Part shown: in pieces, positions 23,182-34,356 of the stretch
Layout of the letters: each line of letters starts with the position of its first letter
Numbering within the stretch: position 1 is the stretch's first letter
From: Octopus bimaculoides
Lineage: Eukaryota
Direction: 5' to 3'
Length of the DNA stretch: 43,679 nt
Assembly (NCBI RefSeq): GCF_001194135.2
Contig: NC_069000.1
Location: forward strand, 20,802,910 to 20,846,588
Position numbers and translations under genes: made by a program
The notes under the pieces: generated by a model
What the model was told of the DNA's origin: nothing
The model's input: the letters and a program-made list of their open reading frames with translations, nothing else
The model's database searches: none

Positions 23182-23706
23182 CGCTGTGTCGGTCACCCCT
23201 TAGTGAGAAGTGCGCTGTTCCACTACTGATAAATAGTGGACAGACACAGCAAGCAGTGTCAGTCAGCGAGGTACGCCGTACGGACCAGTCACGCAGACGA
23301 CGAAGTTACGTCGTCATAATGCGGGGCATATACGTGGCGACGAGGAGTTGAACTAATCGTAGTGGCAGATAACACTAACAAAGAACTGAACAACACACAG
23401 TGAAACATATATAAATTCTATTGAAAAATAATATTAGTGTGTGTGAAAGATTTTAGTCAGGCCGCTATGTGTTAGTAGCGCTACCGGTAAACAATGTAGA
23501 CTGGTACTACCTGCGGCATTCTGAATAGAAAAATAATTCTGTGTGTGGAAGAAAAAGAAATGAAAAAAATAATTATAATTCTGAGTGAAAGAAAAAATCT
23601 CAAATGAGGGAGGTGTTGTGGCGGATACCCCCAAGTGAGAAGTGGGCTGTTCCACTACTGTTAAATCAGTGGACAGACACAGCATGCAGTGTCAGTCCGC
23701 TAGGTA
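23182..23706 (+). mobile_element. Small LTR element (TRIM-like or deleted Gypsy): LTR-PBS-259 bp-PPT-partial LTR
   Basis: Direct repeats 23185-23273 and 23617-23706 (10 substitutions + 1 indel over ~90 nt). TGGCGACGAGGA at 23335-23346 is complementary to the 3' end of tRNA-Ser(GCU)+CCA. Purine tract GAGGGAGG at 23606-23613 is followed by TGT. Confidence 0.6.
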
Positions 23707-24936
23707 TTTTTGTTAGTGTTAAATCATTTTTGATTCCGGTTGACCTAAGTCGTTTTATACTTTGTTGTATCTTTGTTGAAGTTTCTCCCCGTGCAGGTGA
23801 ACTATGTTTTGTTGAATGTTTTGAATACCGTTGCTGGTTTTGCCTGCGGGCCTGTTAAATTTTGTGTTTGTCTTCTTCCCCATTTTGGGGTAAAGTGACT
23901 GAAAATAGAAAAAGAGAAAATGGAATGTGAACCAGTTCCAACACATGCCGTGAGTTATGCTTCGGCAGCTGGGAAAGGTACAACCACAGACTCACTAGAA
24001 GTGCGAGAAATTAAAATTGAACAGAAGAAGCTGAAAGAATACTACAGGCTGATTCAGAAGGAGGGATCCAGTTTAAAGCTGACCCCTCCAGAAGAAGTGA
24101 GAACCAGTACCAAGAAAAGAACAGTGGTGTACAGAACACTATCGACAACGATCAAGAAAATAGGGATAGCTACAAGAGGAGCAATTGAAGAATGTCTGAA
24201 AGAAATTAAGAACTTGACAACATTCTATACAAGAGGCAGAAAATACGGCACAGTTGAGGTGAGATTTGCCAACGAACAGGAGGCAATAAATCACTCCACT
24301 GTAACGCTGAAGACAGAAAGATGGGTACTCCAGCCAACCTAGTGCGGCAAAAGGGTCACCAGAGTGAGAATAGGCAGGGTGCCACCAGAAATCAAGAAGC
24401 GTGGCTGGTGGCAGCTGTATTGCATGAAACCGAAGAGAACGCCCAAATTCTAAAGGTTACAAGAACAAAGAAGGTAAATTGTGGGGATACGGACTATAAA
24501 TGGTCACTCAGGTCGGACAAAAAGATCTGAACGAAATCGCTCAAGTGGTGATTTTACTGGAGGACGTAAGGTTGAGAGTGATGGTGGAAGGAAGACTACC
24601 AATCTGCTGTCAACGCGGAGAGAAGGGACACATTAAAATAAAGTGTCCCCTGAGAGAAAGTAAAAACGAGGAAAGCCAACAGGAGCAGAATGCCAATGTG
24701 GCGGACCTAGAAAATGAAAAATACACGGAAGAAGCGGAAGAACCATTTATGGAGGTGATCAGAGGGAAAAGGAAAGAACCAGTGAACTCACCTCCGAAAA
24801 GTCCAAAAACGAAAAGGAGAGTGAAATTGACATTGCACAGCTTATGCGACATACACTTCCAACAGCATCACCAACAAAAGGAAACAAAAAGGAAACCTAC
24901 CCAGACAACCCAAGTTCACCGCGGAAACAAACAATC
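23707..24936 (+). mobile_element. L1/Tx1-type LINE 5' UTR + ORF1 (frameshifted); ORF2 absent
   Basis: ATG at 23920: VSYASAAG...GRKYGTVEVRF (RRM-like), *CGKRVTRVRIGRVPPE, then VMVEGRLPICCQRGEKGHIKIKCP (CX2[C>R]X4HX4C knuckle, 24605-24646) followed by an acidic/basic low-complexity tail. Confidence 0.75.
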
Positions 24937-26753
24937 AAATCCCACAACATTTCACCCAACTCAAAATTTTCATCTCCTGGCTCATAATTTTCTAGGTCTA
25001 CAAACCAGAGTGGATAATCCATCTTTAATAAATCATCGTATCTCCTTTCAAAGTCTACATCAAGACCTTCAAGATGGGAAGTGCATACAGCAATGCATTC
25101 TGATGTAGGAACAGTGGTGTTAAAATTTTGAAATGATGCCAAATTTCATTTTTTTTTTCGAACTGTTTTTCACAAAATTTTAATTTCCCCATATACCTTT
25201 TTATCTTCTGAGAACAGGTGACCAAATCTGATTTTCTACCTTGCAGCTCTAAGTTAAGCAGATTCACTATTTTAAAAATATCACTCAAGTAGAATATTTT
25301 TGATTTAAACTCAGAAAGTCTTTCCAAAATTTTCTTAGCTGTATCAGCTTGCTTCTTGGAGTTGTAATGAGTCATCTGACTCTTGAACATGAGAAAGTTG
25401 ATTAATGGTTCCCACAAAATCACTAGTTTTCCAAGGCTCCGGCCTTTTGACAACCATCTTACTTCTGTGTGAAGCAATAGGGTTTTAAAATCTTCATCTT
25501 CACAGAATTGCATTAAAAAATCTATTATTCACTGAGTTTGATTTGACAAAGTTAATTGCGTGTATGGCAGTGTTGAGTGTTTCTTCCATGTGTCCTCCAA
25601 TATTCTTAGCAACCAAATGCTGTCTGTGGATAAGGCAATGTATATAAAAAATGTGAGGAGCAACTGATTTCATTCTAGAAACAAAGCCTTTCACTTTTCC
25701 AGTGAAAGGCTCCATCTGATGCAATGTTGATCAAATTAGTCAATTTATCATTAAAATACTGCATTACTTCATTGAATATATCTTCTCCATTAGTAGTTTC
25801 AGACAAACTTTTAATGAATAACATTTCTTCCCTTATATCATCTTCATGGATGAATCTGACATAGACCACAAGAATAGCTTGGTTATGAATTGTGCTATCA
25901 TCAACCTGGATAGAAACATTTTTCTTTTGGAGAATTTCCACAATCTTCTCCTCAACAAAATTAGACATTTCATCCTGTATTCTTGTAATTGTGCTATTTG
26001 AAAGTGGGATTGTACTCAGAGTAGATGCAGCATCTTTTCCCAGAACCTCATTTGCACAAGCTATCATAGCAGGCTTGACAAAGTTTCTCACCATAAATCT
26101 GAGGTGTTGCAAGCTTGGCAATAATTTCAGAGACCAAATAACTTGGTTTGAGTGTCTTTACTTTTTCAATATTTATCTTCTTTACAAAATTCGGTAGTTT
26201 GATTGGCTGTATTTTCTTTTCATTCTCAAAATATTCCCTACCTTTACCAACAGATAATAGATGCCTTAATTTCTGGTACTGTTCCACCTTAAGTTTCTTC
26301 ATGGAATGTTTTGTCATGATGGCATCACATTCAAGACACATAGATTTTGAGTCTGGATACAAAACCAAACATGATAAAATCTTCTTTGTAGTTCTTCAGT
26401 TTTGCCTTTTTAGCAATTGTTTCAGACATTATTACAACTGATCTAAAAAAAATAAAAATAATGCTTTATTTCTATAAATTAAAAGTATCAAATTGAGATT
26501 GTATAATTTAAATTATGTGATTCTTGATTGTAATATATTATTGATTATATGTTATATATTGCTGATTCTTATGGAATAATTATTGAATTTTGTTTTCTTA
26601 TTATTATTCTATCTCCTTATAAATTATTAATAACTAACAGTGTCTTTATTATCGAACAATATCGTATAGATCTGAAATGGTTTCAATTTTCTTATGGCTA
26701 CAAATTCTCTGGGGCCCACCGGGGGTCCCCAGGGACCACGTTGGGAATCACTG
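24937..26753 (-). mobile_element. Buster/Charlie-type hAT transposon (ZBED5/FAM200-like transposase pseudogene), left end intact, 3' end lost
   Basis: ATG at 26429 MSETIAKKAKLKNYKEDFIMFGF; BED-like MCLECDAIM; PLSNSTITR; SIQVDDST (catalytic D); ASDGA; HCLIHRQHL (CxxH); TEVRWLSKG; LNLELQG. Several frameshifts. TIR CAGTGATTCCCAAC ends at 26753, beside the 8-mer ATTCAGAG. Confidence 0.93.
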
Positions 26754-26995
26754 CTCTGAATAACGCAAAAAGGAAAATGACACTGACATTTCATTTTAAC
26801 AGATACATTTACCAAAATTACATTAAAATATCTTGAAATACTAAAGAGTAAATTTATTCAATAAAATCGCCATTGGCTTCAACCACGGCCTCCAGAGACG
26901 ACTTCGGAATCTCCTGTAATTCTTCTGGACGGTCTCCTTGTTTAAGTTGGTGAATGCTGCCTAAATCCTTGCCTTCAGTTCATCTTTGGTGTTAT
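26754..26995 (-). mobile_element. maT (DD37D) 3' fragment, same family as 18383-19277
   Basis: Its reverse complement aligns continuously to 19016-19252 (GGCAGCATTCACCAACTTAAACAAGGAGACC...TGGAGGCCGTGGTTGAAGCCAATG...GTCAGTG). Confidence 0.88.
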
Positions 26996-28232
26996 ATATA
27001 TATGTAATATATATANNNNNNNNNNNNNNNNNNNNNNNNNNNNNNNNNNNNNNNNNNNNNNNNNNNNNNNNNNNNNNNNNNNNNNNNNNNNNNNNNNNNN
27101 NNNNNNNNNNNNNNNNNNNNNNNNNNNNNNNNNNNNNNNNNNNNNNNNNNNNNNNNNNNNNNNNNNNNNNNNNNNNNNNNNNNNNNNNNNNNNNNNNNNN
27201 NNNNNNNNNNNNNNNNNNNNNNNNNNNNNNNNNNNNNNNNNNNNNNNNNNNNNNNNNNNNNNNNNNNNNNNNNNNNNNNNNNNNNNNNNNNNNNNNNNNN
27301 NNNNNNNNNNNNNNNNNNNNNNNNNNNNNNNNNNNNNNNNNNNNNNNNNNNNNNNNNNNNNNNNNNNNNNNNNNNNNNNNNNNNNNNNNNNNNNNNNNNN
27401 NNNNNNNNNNNNNNNNNNNNNNNNNNNNNNNNNNNNNNNNNNNNNNNNNNNNNNNNNNNNNNNNNNNNNNNNNNNNNNNNNNNNNNNNNNNNNNNNNNNN
27501 NNNNNNNNNNNNNNNNNNNNNNNNNNNNNNNNNNNNNNNNNNNNNNNNNNNNNNNNNNNNNNNNNNNNNNNNNNNNNNNNNNNNNNNNNNNNNNNNNNNN
27601 NNNNNNNNNNNNNNNNNNNNNNNNNNNNNNNNNNNNNNNNNNNNNNNNNNNNNNNTGTGTGTGTGTGTGTGTGTGTGTGTACATGCGTACTTGCATTTAT
27701 GTGTACATATTCGTTTCAATTCGTTAGTAACTATATATATATATAAAAAATACCTTTGCATGACTTACGTACATACATCCATACGTACGTACATACATCC
27801 ATACGTACGTACATACATGATATCCCTTTATCTAAATGCTTAGTAATATATGTATCAGATTAACTATCATCTAACCAAGCCACCTGTCAAACTGTCAGAC
27901 AATCAGTGTCTTTAATATCTGAATCTGTGTTTACTGGCCAACTATGTAAGTAAACCCTCGAAAACACGCGCAGATAAATGAGGAGACTATCTATTCCAGA
28001 CGGAAACAGTATCAGATGTTAATAGCTTCAACAGACATTCTGAGCACAACAGGCAGACGGTATAACCATTTACAACTTATCGCTAGACTGTCACCTTATA
28101 TACATATATGTTTTGTGCATATGTGTTTATGGTGCATGTATGTACGTATGTATGTATGCATGCATGTATGTATGTATTTGTGTATGTATGTGTTTATGAT
28201 GTATGTTTATATTTATGTATGTATATGATGTA

Positions 28233-28288
<56 letters not shown>

Positions 28289-28959
28289 NNNNNNNNNNNN
28301 NNNNNNNNNNNNNNNNNNNNNNNNNNNNNNNNNNNNNNNNNNNNNNNNNNNNNNNNNNNNNNNNNNNNNNNNNNNNNNNNNNNNNNNNNNNNNNNNNNNN
28401 NNNNNNNNNNNNNNNNNNNNNNNNNNNNNNNNNNNNNNNNNNNNNNNNNNNNNNNNNNNNNNNNNNNNNNNNNNNNNNNNNNNNNNNNNNNNNNNNNNNN
28501 NNNNNNNNNNNNNNNNNNNNNNNNNNNNNNNNNNNNNNNNNNNNNNNNNNNNNNNNNNNNNNNNNNNNNNNNNNNNNNNNNNNNNNNNNNNNNNNNNNNN
28601 NNNNNNNNNNNNNNNNNNNNNNNNNNNNNNNNNNNNNNNNNNNNNNNNNNNNNNNNNNNNNNNNNNNNNNNNNNNNNNNNNNNNNNNNNNNNNNNNNNNN
28701 NNNNNNNNNNNNNNNNNNNNNNNNNNNNNNNNNNNNNNNNNNNNNNNNNNNNNNNNNNNNNNNNNNNNNNNNNNNNNNNNNNNNNNNNNNNNNNNNNNNN
28801 NNNNNNNNNNNNNNNNNNNNNNNNNNNNNNNNNNNNNNNNNNNNNNNNNNNNNNNNNNNNNNNNNNNNNNNNNNNNNNNNNNNNNNNNNNNNNNNCACAG
28901 TTTTTCTAAATTCCAATGACAACCTGAAATATAAATGGTTTCTTATTAATTTAGATCTT

Positions 28960-29170
28960 CATTGTCACCAACACCACCACCACCACAACCACCACAATCA
29001 CCATCATCATCATCGTCATCATCATCATTATCACTACTGCCACCATCAGCAGCATCACCGTCGTCACCGTCATTACAACCGCCATCATTATCGTCTCCAT
29101 CATCATCATCATCATCTGTATTTTATCATTAATATCGTTGCTACTGCTACTACTACTACTACAACTACTG

Positions 29171-29209
<39 letters not shown>

Positions 29210-30030
29210 NNNNNNNNNNNNNNNNNNNNNNNNNNNNNNNNNNNNNNNNNNNNNNNNNNNNNNNNNNNNNNNNNNNNNNNNNNNNNNNNNNNNNNNNNNN
29301 NNNNNNNNNNNNNNNNNNNNNNNNNNNNNNNNNNNNNNNNNNNNNNNNNNNNNNNNNNNNNNNNNNNNNNNNNNNNNNNNNNNNNNNNNNNNNNNNNNNN
29401 NNNNNNNNNNNNNNNNNNNNNNNNNNNNNNNNNNNNNNNNNNNNNNNNNNNNNNNNNNNNNNNNNNNNNNNNNNNNNNNNNNNNNNNNNNNNNNNNNNNN
29501 NNNNNNNNNNNNNNNNNNNNNNNNNNNNNNNNNNNNNNNNNNNNNNNNNNNNNNNNNNNNNNNNNNNNNNNNNNNNNNNNNNNNNNNNNNNNNNNNNNNN
29601 NNNNNNNNNNNNNNNNNNNNNNNNNNNNNNNNNNNNNNNNNNNNNNNNNNNNNNNNNNNNNNNNNNNNNNNNNNNNNNNNNNNNNNNNNNNNNNNNNNNN
29701 NNGTAGTAGTAGTAGTAGTAGCAGCAGCACCACCACCACCACCACCACCACCACCACCACCAGCAGTACTACTACTACTACTACTGTTAGTAGTAGCAGT
29801 GAAGAGAATGAAGTTGGTGAGGAAGAAGAGGAGGATGTGGTGGAGGTAGCGGTGGAGGAGAAGAGGAGATAGAGAAGGAGAAGAAGAAGAAGAAGAAGAA
29901 GAAGAAGAAGAAGAAGAAGAAGAAGAAGAAGAAGAAGAAGAAGAAGAAGAAGAAGAAGAAGAAGAAGAAGAAGAAGAAGAAGAAGAAGGAGGAGGCAATG
30001 GAGAAAGAATAGGAAGAAGAGAAGGAAGAG
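28960..30030. repeat. Compound trinucleotide arrays (CAT/CAC, TAC, AGT, CAC, GAA) around an N-gap
   Basis: Direct inspection; source of the poly-H/T/S/F ORFs. Confidence 0.95.
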
Positions 30031-30074
30031 AAAGTGTTGAAATGACTAAACAGAAAGACGTAACGATGAAGCAC

Positions 30075-30535
30075 TACACGCAGAGAAACGCAGAAAACAT
30101 TGGAGCGATATATATTTAAAGCTCGAAAAATATTATAACGAGGAAACTGAGTAGATAGAAGTAGAGACTTAGACGAGCAAAGCAGCAGTTTGGCATAGTA
30201 ACCACACTGGGGTTCATGGGTCCATTATAAAGTAAGCTTCAAGGGACCTACTTGGAAGCATCCGAGCCAGGCGGAGTACTAGCTGAAGAACATTATTACT
30301 ATTAGTTAGCAGATTGCCTCCTAAGTGGAAGCATCCGAAATAGGAAAACTGAAAATAAGACAGCTCTTACTGCGGAAGACAAGAAGAAAGTTACTGTGGT
30401 CTCAAACTGTAGACCGATGACTTGGTTGCTATTCATGTGGCAACTTTTAAAAAGTACATTTGTGAATAAGATGTATGCATACTTAGTGGAGCATTGCCCT
30501 CCCCAATGGAGAGAAAAGGTACCCGATGAATCCAA
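30075..30535 (+). pseudogene. Old R4/Dong RT N-terminal fragment
   Basis: KHWSDIYLKLEKYYNEETE*, PTWKHPSQAEY*LKN (PNWKAPG...YWLK-like), KTALTAEDKKKVTVVSNCRPMTWLLFMWQLL (NYRPITCL..WKLL-like), MYAYL. Confidence 0.7.
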
Positions 30536-31302
30536 GAGGATATTGTCGTACTCAATAGATCTAGATATTGTCGTACTCAATATATACGTAAGAGTGTGTT
30601 GCTTAATCGATGTTGTTTGCCTGTTTGACACAAGAGTGGCAGAAAAAGAACGTGAGAAGCTGTCTCAACGAAATGATGCATGGTTGGGGGTCAACACAAC
30701 TGATTCATCTGACCCATTTCTTGTATTTTCAGATGGCTTTTCTACAATATGTCGGTCGAACGCTTTTCTGTTGTTTAACTCTTCTAAATTTGAGGGTTTG
30801 GGGCGTAGGAAGTATGCTGGCTTTTGTTTCTTCGGTATTGCTCGTTTATTTTGTTGATGCCGTTATTGTTGCTCATGATCGTGGTGATGATAGGAAGTCG
30901 TGCTTTCGAGCACCCTGCGCATGCGTCTTGAAGAAACTTTTGTTCTTGCTGTTTTACTCTTTGCTGTCACTGCTTCTGTTGTTTTGATTGTAGTATTTTT
31001 TTAATAGCCACAGTCCCAGTATCTACTTCACTGTTGTAGACAGCAACAGCTATCCCCTGTTGTTTGTCTCTTGTCATATATCCTACTGTGAACTGCACTT
31101 CCTGCCGGCATTTTCCCACTTATGTTGAACTGGGATACTGCAGTTTTATTTCTTTTCTGTTTATACATTCATAAAAGATTGAGAGGTGGGTGTGGTATGT
31201 GTCGGTGCTATATACCTCTGCAAATGGAAGTTTCATGAACCCGGGGCGCATAAAGTGACGTTTATACTTTTTGCTTAACATCATATTCCATATCATCTAA
31301 AG

Positions 31303-31693
31303 CAGTGGTTCTCAACCGGGGTCCAATATAAGATTTGGGGTGGGGGTCCATGCAAGCAAAATAGTAAATTGTGGATTCAATTTTAAGAGTTCGTGAAAAG
31401 ATTTTGCTTTAGATGCATATTTATTGCAAGAAACAACTCAGTTTCTTTCTCTAACATTTTACACGGTTCAACCAACAATAGGAATTTTGAAAGAACTATC
31501 TATAAAACTAGTCTTTAAACATCGAATGGCTGGAGGCGCGTGGCTTAGGGGTTAGGGTGTCAGCATCATGATCGTAAGATTGTGGTTTCGATTCCTGGAC
31601 CGGGTGACGCGTTGTGTTATTTTTAGGATCCATCAGAATAAAATTGTAATCAAAGGGGGTCAATAGATAAAAAAAAAGGGTTCACAACTACTT
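31303..31693. mobile_element. hAT (Charlie-like) MITE with a nested SINE head
   Basis: Left TIR CAGTGGTTCTCAACC; right end GGTTCACAACTACTT (11/15 match to the reverse complement); flanks ATCTAAAG / GTCTAGAG fit a decayed 8-bp NTCTAGAN TSD. Confidence 0.75.
31532..31618 (+). mobile_element. SINE family 3 head only (tail-less), nested in the MITE
   Basis: GGAGGCGCGTGGCTTAGGGGTTAGGG...GGTTTCGATTCC (A and B boxes) ends at GACGCGTTGTGTT. Confidence 0.75.
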
Positions 31694-31700
31694 GTCTAGA

Positions 31701-31992
31701 GGCTGCGTGATCTCCTTACTAGTAGTCATAGAAGCAAACCGTAAGGTTGTGAGTTCGATAACCGTCGGTGCGTTATGTCCTTGAGCAAGATGCTTTATTT
31801 CACGTTACTCCAGCACCTGTATTTCAAAGAGCCAGCTTTGTCACATTCCGTGTCACACTGAATCCCCTGAAAACTACGTTATGGATACACGTGTCTGTGG
31901 AGTACTCAGCCACTTGTACGTTAATTTCACGAGCAGGCTGTTCCGTTGATCGGATCAACTGGAACCCTCGTCGTAGTAACCGACTGAGAGCC
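31701..31992 (+). mobile_element. SINE family 3, near full length
   Basis: B-box GAGTTCGATACC, CORE-like GTCCTTGAGCAAGATGCTTT, body ending GATCAACTGGAACCCTCGTCGTAGTAACCGAC. Confidence 0.8.
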
Positions 31993-32572
31993 TGATTTTT
32001 TATTGTTAAAGCGTTGGGGAAAATGTCTTGCGATATTTTCTCCTGATCTTCNNNNNNNNNNNNNNNNNNNNNNNNNNNNNNNNNNNNNNNNNNNNNNNNN
32101 NNNNNNNNNNNNNNNNNNNNNNNNNNNNNNNNNNNNNNNNNNNNNNNNNNNNNNNNNNNNNNNNNNNNNNNNNNNNNNNNNNNNNNNNNNNNNNNNNNNN
32201 NNNNNNNNNNNNNNNNNNNNNNNNNNNNNNNNNNNNNNNNNNNNNNNNNNNNNNNNNNNNNNNNNNNNNNNNNNNNNNNNNNNNNNNNNNNNNNNNNNNN
32301 NNNNNNNNNNNNNNNNNNNNNNNNNNNNNNNNNNNNNNNNNNNNNNNNNNNNNNNNNNNNNNNNNNNNNNNNNNNNNNNNNNNNNNNNNNNNNNNNNNNN
32401 NTAAAGTTTCTTCAGTATCTACGGGTTGATTCGAAGCAGAAGATACCACGTCTTTTACCTCCTTAACGTTTCTATGGTTACAACTGTAGTGTTGTTCCTA
32501 AAGCAGACGCTAGAAAGATTCATATCTCCCCACTTTTCTCCCCCTCCTTTCTCTGTCTGTCTGTCGTTCTCT

Positions 32573-32635
<63 letters not shown>

Positions 32636-32904
32636 GTTATCTATCTATCTACTTATCTATTACTCTATCTTTCTTTCATTTTCTCGCTTTGTTTCAATTA
32701 AACTGCTTTTCATTCCCTGCGTGTTATATTCATCTCCGGTGAATATTAAATTTCTCTACACAAGGTGGGAGGGAGGGAGGTCTTTTTTTTGTTTTTGTTT
32801 TTTGTTTCTTCAAGGAAACTGATAACTTTGCAAATATAGAATTTTAAAACAACAGACGTTTCCGCCGACTTGGAAAACCGAGCAAATCGGAAAAACTCAT
32901 CGAA

Positions 32905-33048
32905 AATACCTTTCATTGGTACTTAATTTACCGACTCCGAAATGATGAAAGGCGAAGTCGACCTCAGCGAAATTTGAACTCCGAACGTAAAGACAGACAA
33001 AAAAGCGCTGGGCCCCCGACGTGCTAACGGTTCTGCTAGCTCGCTGCT
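32905..33048 (-). mobile_element. SINE family 1, partial
   Basis: GATGAAAGGCGAAGTCGACCTCAGCGAAATTTGAACTCCGAACGTAAAGAC...GTGCTAACGGTTCTGCTAGCTCGC. Confidence 0.85.
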
Positions 33049-33052
33049 TTAG

Positions 33053-33119
<67 letters not shown>

Positions 33120-33174
33120 AATAATAATAATAATTGTTTCAAACTTCGGCGCAAGTTCCCGACTCCATTACATC

Positions 33175-33305
33175 TCTCTAGGTACTTGAATTGTACTTAC
33201 TATTATCGATCCCGGAGAGATAAAACGGTAGGATTTGAACTCAGAAAATAAAGTCACAACAAACGCTTCAAAGCATTTTCTAGATGTTCTAACGATTCTG
33301 CCAAG
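33175..33305 (-). mobile_element. SINE family 1, strongly decayed
   Basis: GGTACTT...TTATCGATCCCGG...GATTTGAACTCAGAA...AAGCATTT...CTAACGATTCTGCC. Confidence 0.6.
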
Positions 33306-33345
33306 AAACCACTTCATACAACAACAAAATTAATAATAATAATAA

Positions 33346-33560
33346 TCTTTTTGACTATAGGCACAAGGCCCAAAATTTTGAGGAGGGGGACAGTCGACAT
33401 CATCGAACCTAGTAGTGTTTCATTGGTACTTAATTTATCGACCCTAAAAGGATGAAAAGCAAAGTCGACCTCGGCAGAATTTGAACTCAGAACATGAAGA
33501 TGGGTGAAATGCCGCTAAGCATTTTGCCCGGCGTACTAAACATTCTGCCAGGTCGCCGCC
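33346..33560 (-). mobile_element. SINE family 1, full length
   Basis: Collinear with 2371-2583 from tail (ATAGGCACAAGGC) to head (TTCTGCCAGGTCGCCGCC). Confidence 0.9.
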
Positions 33561-33578
33561 TTACTGATGATGATGATA

Positions 33579-33613
<35 letters not shown>

Positions 33614-34149
33614 AATGATGATGATGATGATGATTTCAAGAAGAAGAAAATATTTCTATACAGCTAAAACAAGATTGCTTTCTTGTGCAATCTAAAATGA
33701 GTATCCTAAGAGCTTAATGATTCCAATGTAAGAGCTTAACGATTTCAATTTGAATAAATCTTCATTGATGGCCTTAACATGGCTGCCTTACTGCCTTCGA
33801 TCAGATCGAACGACGCGCTGTTTTCACTGTGATGTCTACTTCCTGTCTTCATCTTTAAGTGTAGTCTTCATCGTCATTTACATTTTGTAAAAAAAAAAAA
33901 AAAAAATAATAATAAAATAAAAAATAAAAATAAAAAATCAGAAAAAACACTCGTGAATTTTCATGTTAAAATTGTTAAAATATTTTTTCTGTTGTAACTA
34001 TTGATTTGGCAGAAATTCAGAATATACATTCCAATGCTATTCGCATTCCTGCGCAAAGCAACCAACATATCTAATGTTTTGCGTTGTTTTCCGTCTAATT
34101 TACTTTTTGTGTAAGGGTATTGTTATTGTTGTCCGAACAAACTCGATTA

Positions 34150-34186
<37 letters not shown>

Positions 34187-34356
34187 GTTATTGTTGTCCA
34201 TGGTTTTTTTGTTATTGTTGTGTAATATGGGCGTGTGTGATAGCATCAGGTCGTTACGTTGTCGTTAATTGTTCTTTAAAATAGATTATGAATATAAAAA
34301 GGTTTGGCTGTGATTTGTGATGCTGTGAGCTTAGATGACACATAAAGCTGGTGTTC

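Noticed and set aside
30610-30990. ORFs 30610-30987 (+) and a long minus-strand frame, with a TTTTCAG|ATG acceptor-like site
   Set aside because: No recognisable domain, an internal stop in the best-looking minus frame, and no convincing donor.
32850-32905. Minus-strand GAAACGTC preceded by CGATGAG
   Set aside because: No CUGA, and the ends of the would-be stem II do not pair.
33797-33811. Perfect TTCGATC-A-GATCGAA palindrome
   Set aside because: A 7-bp arm is expected by chance in 40 kb; no supporting context.
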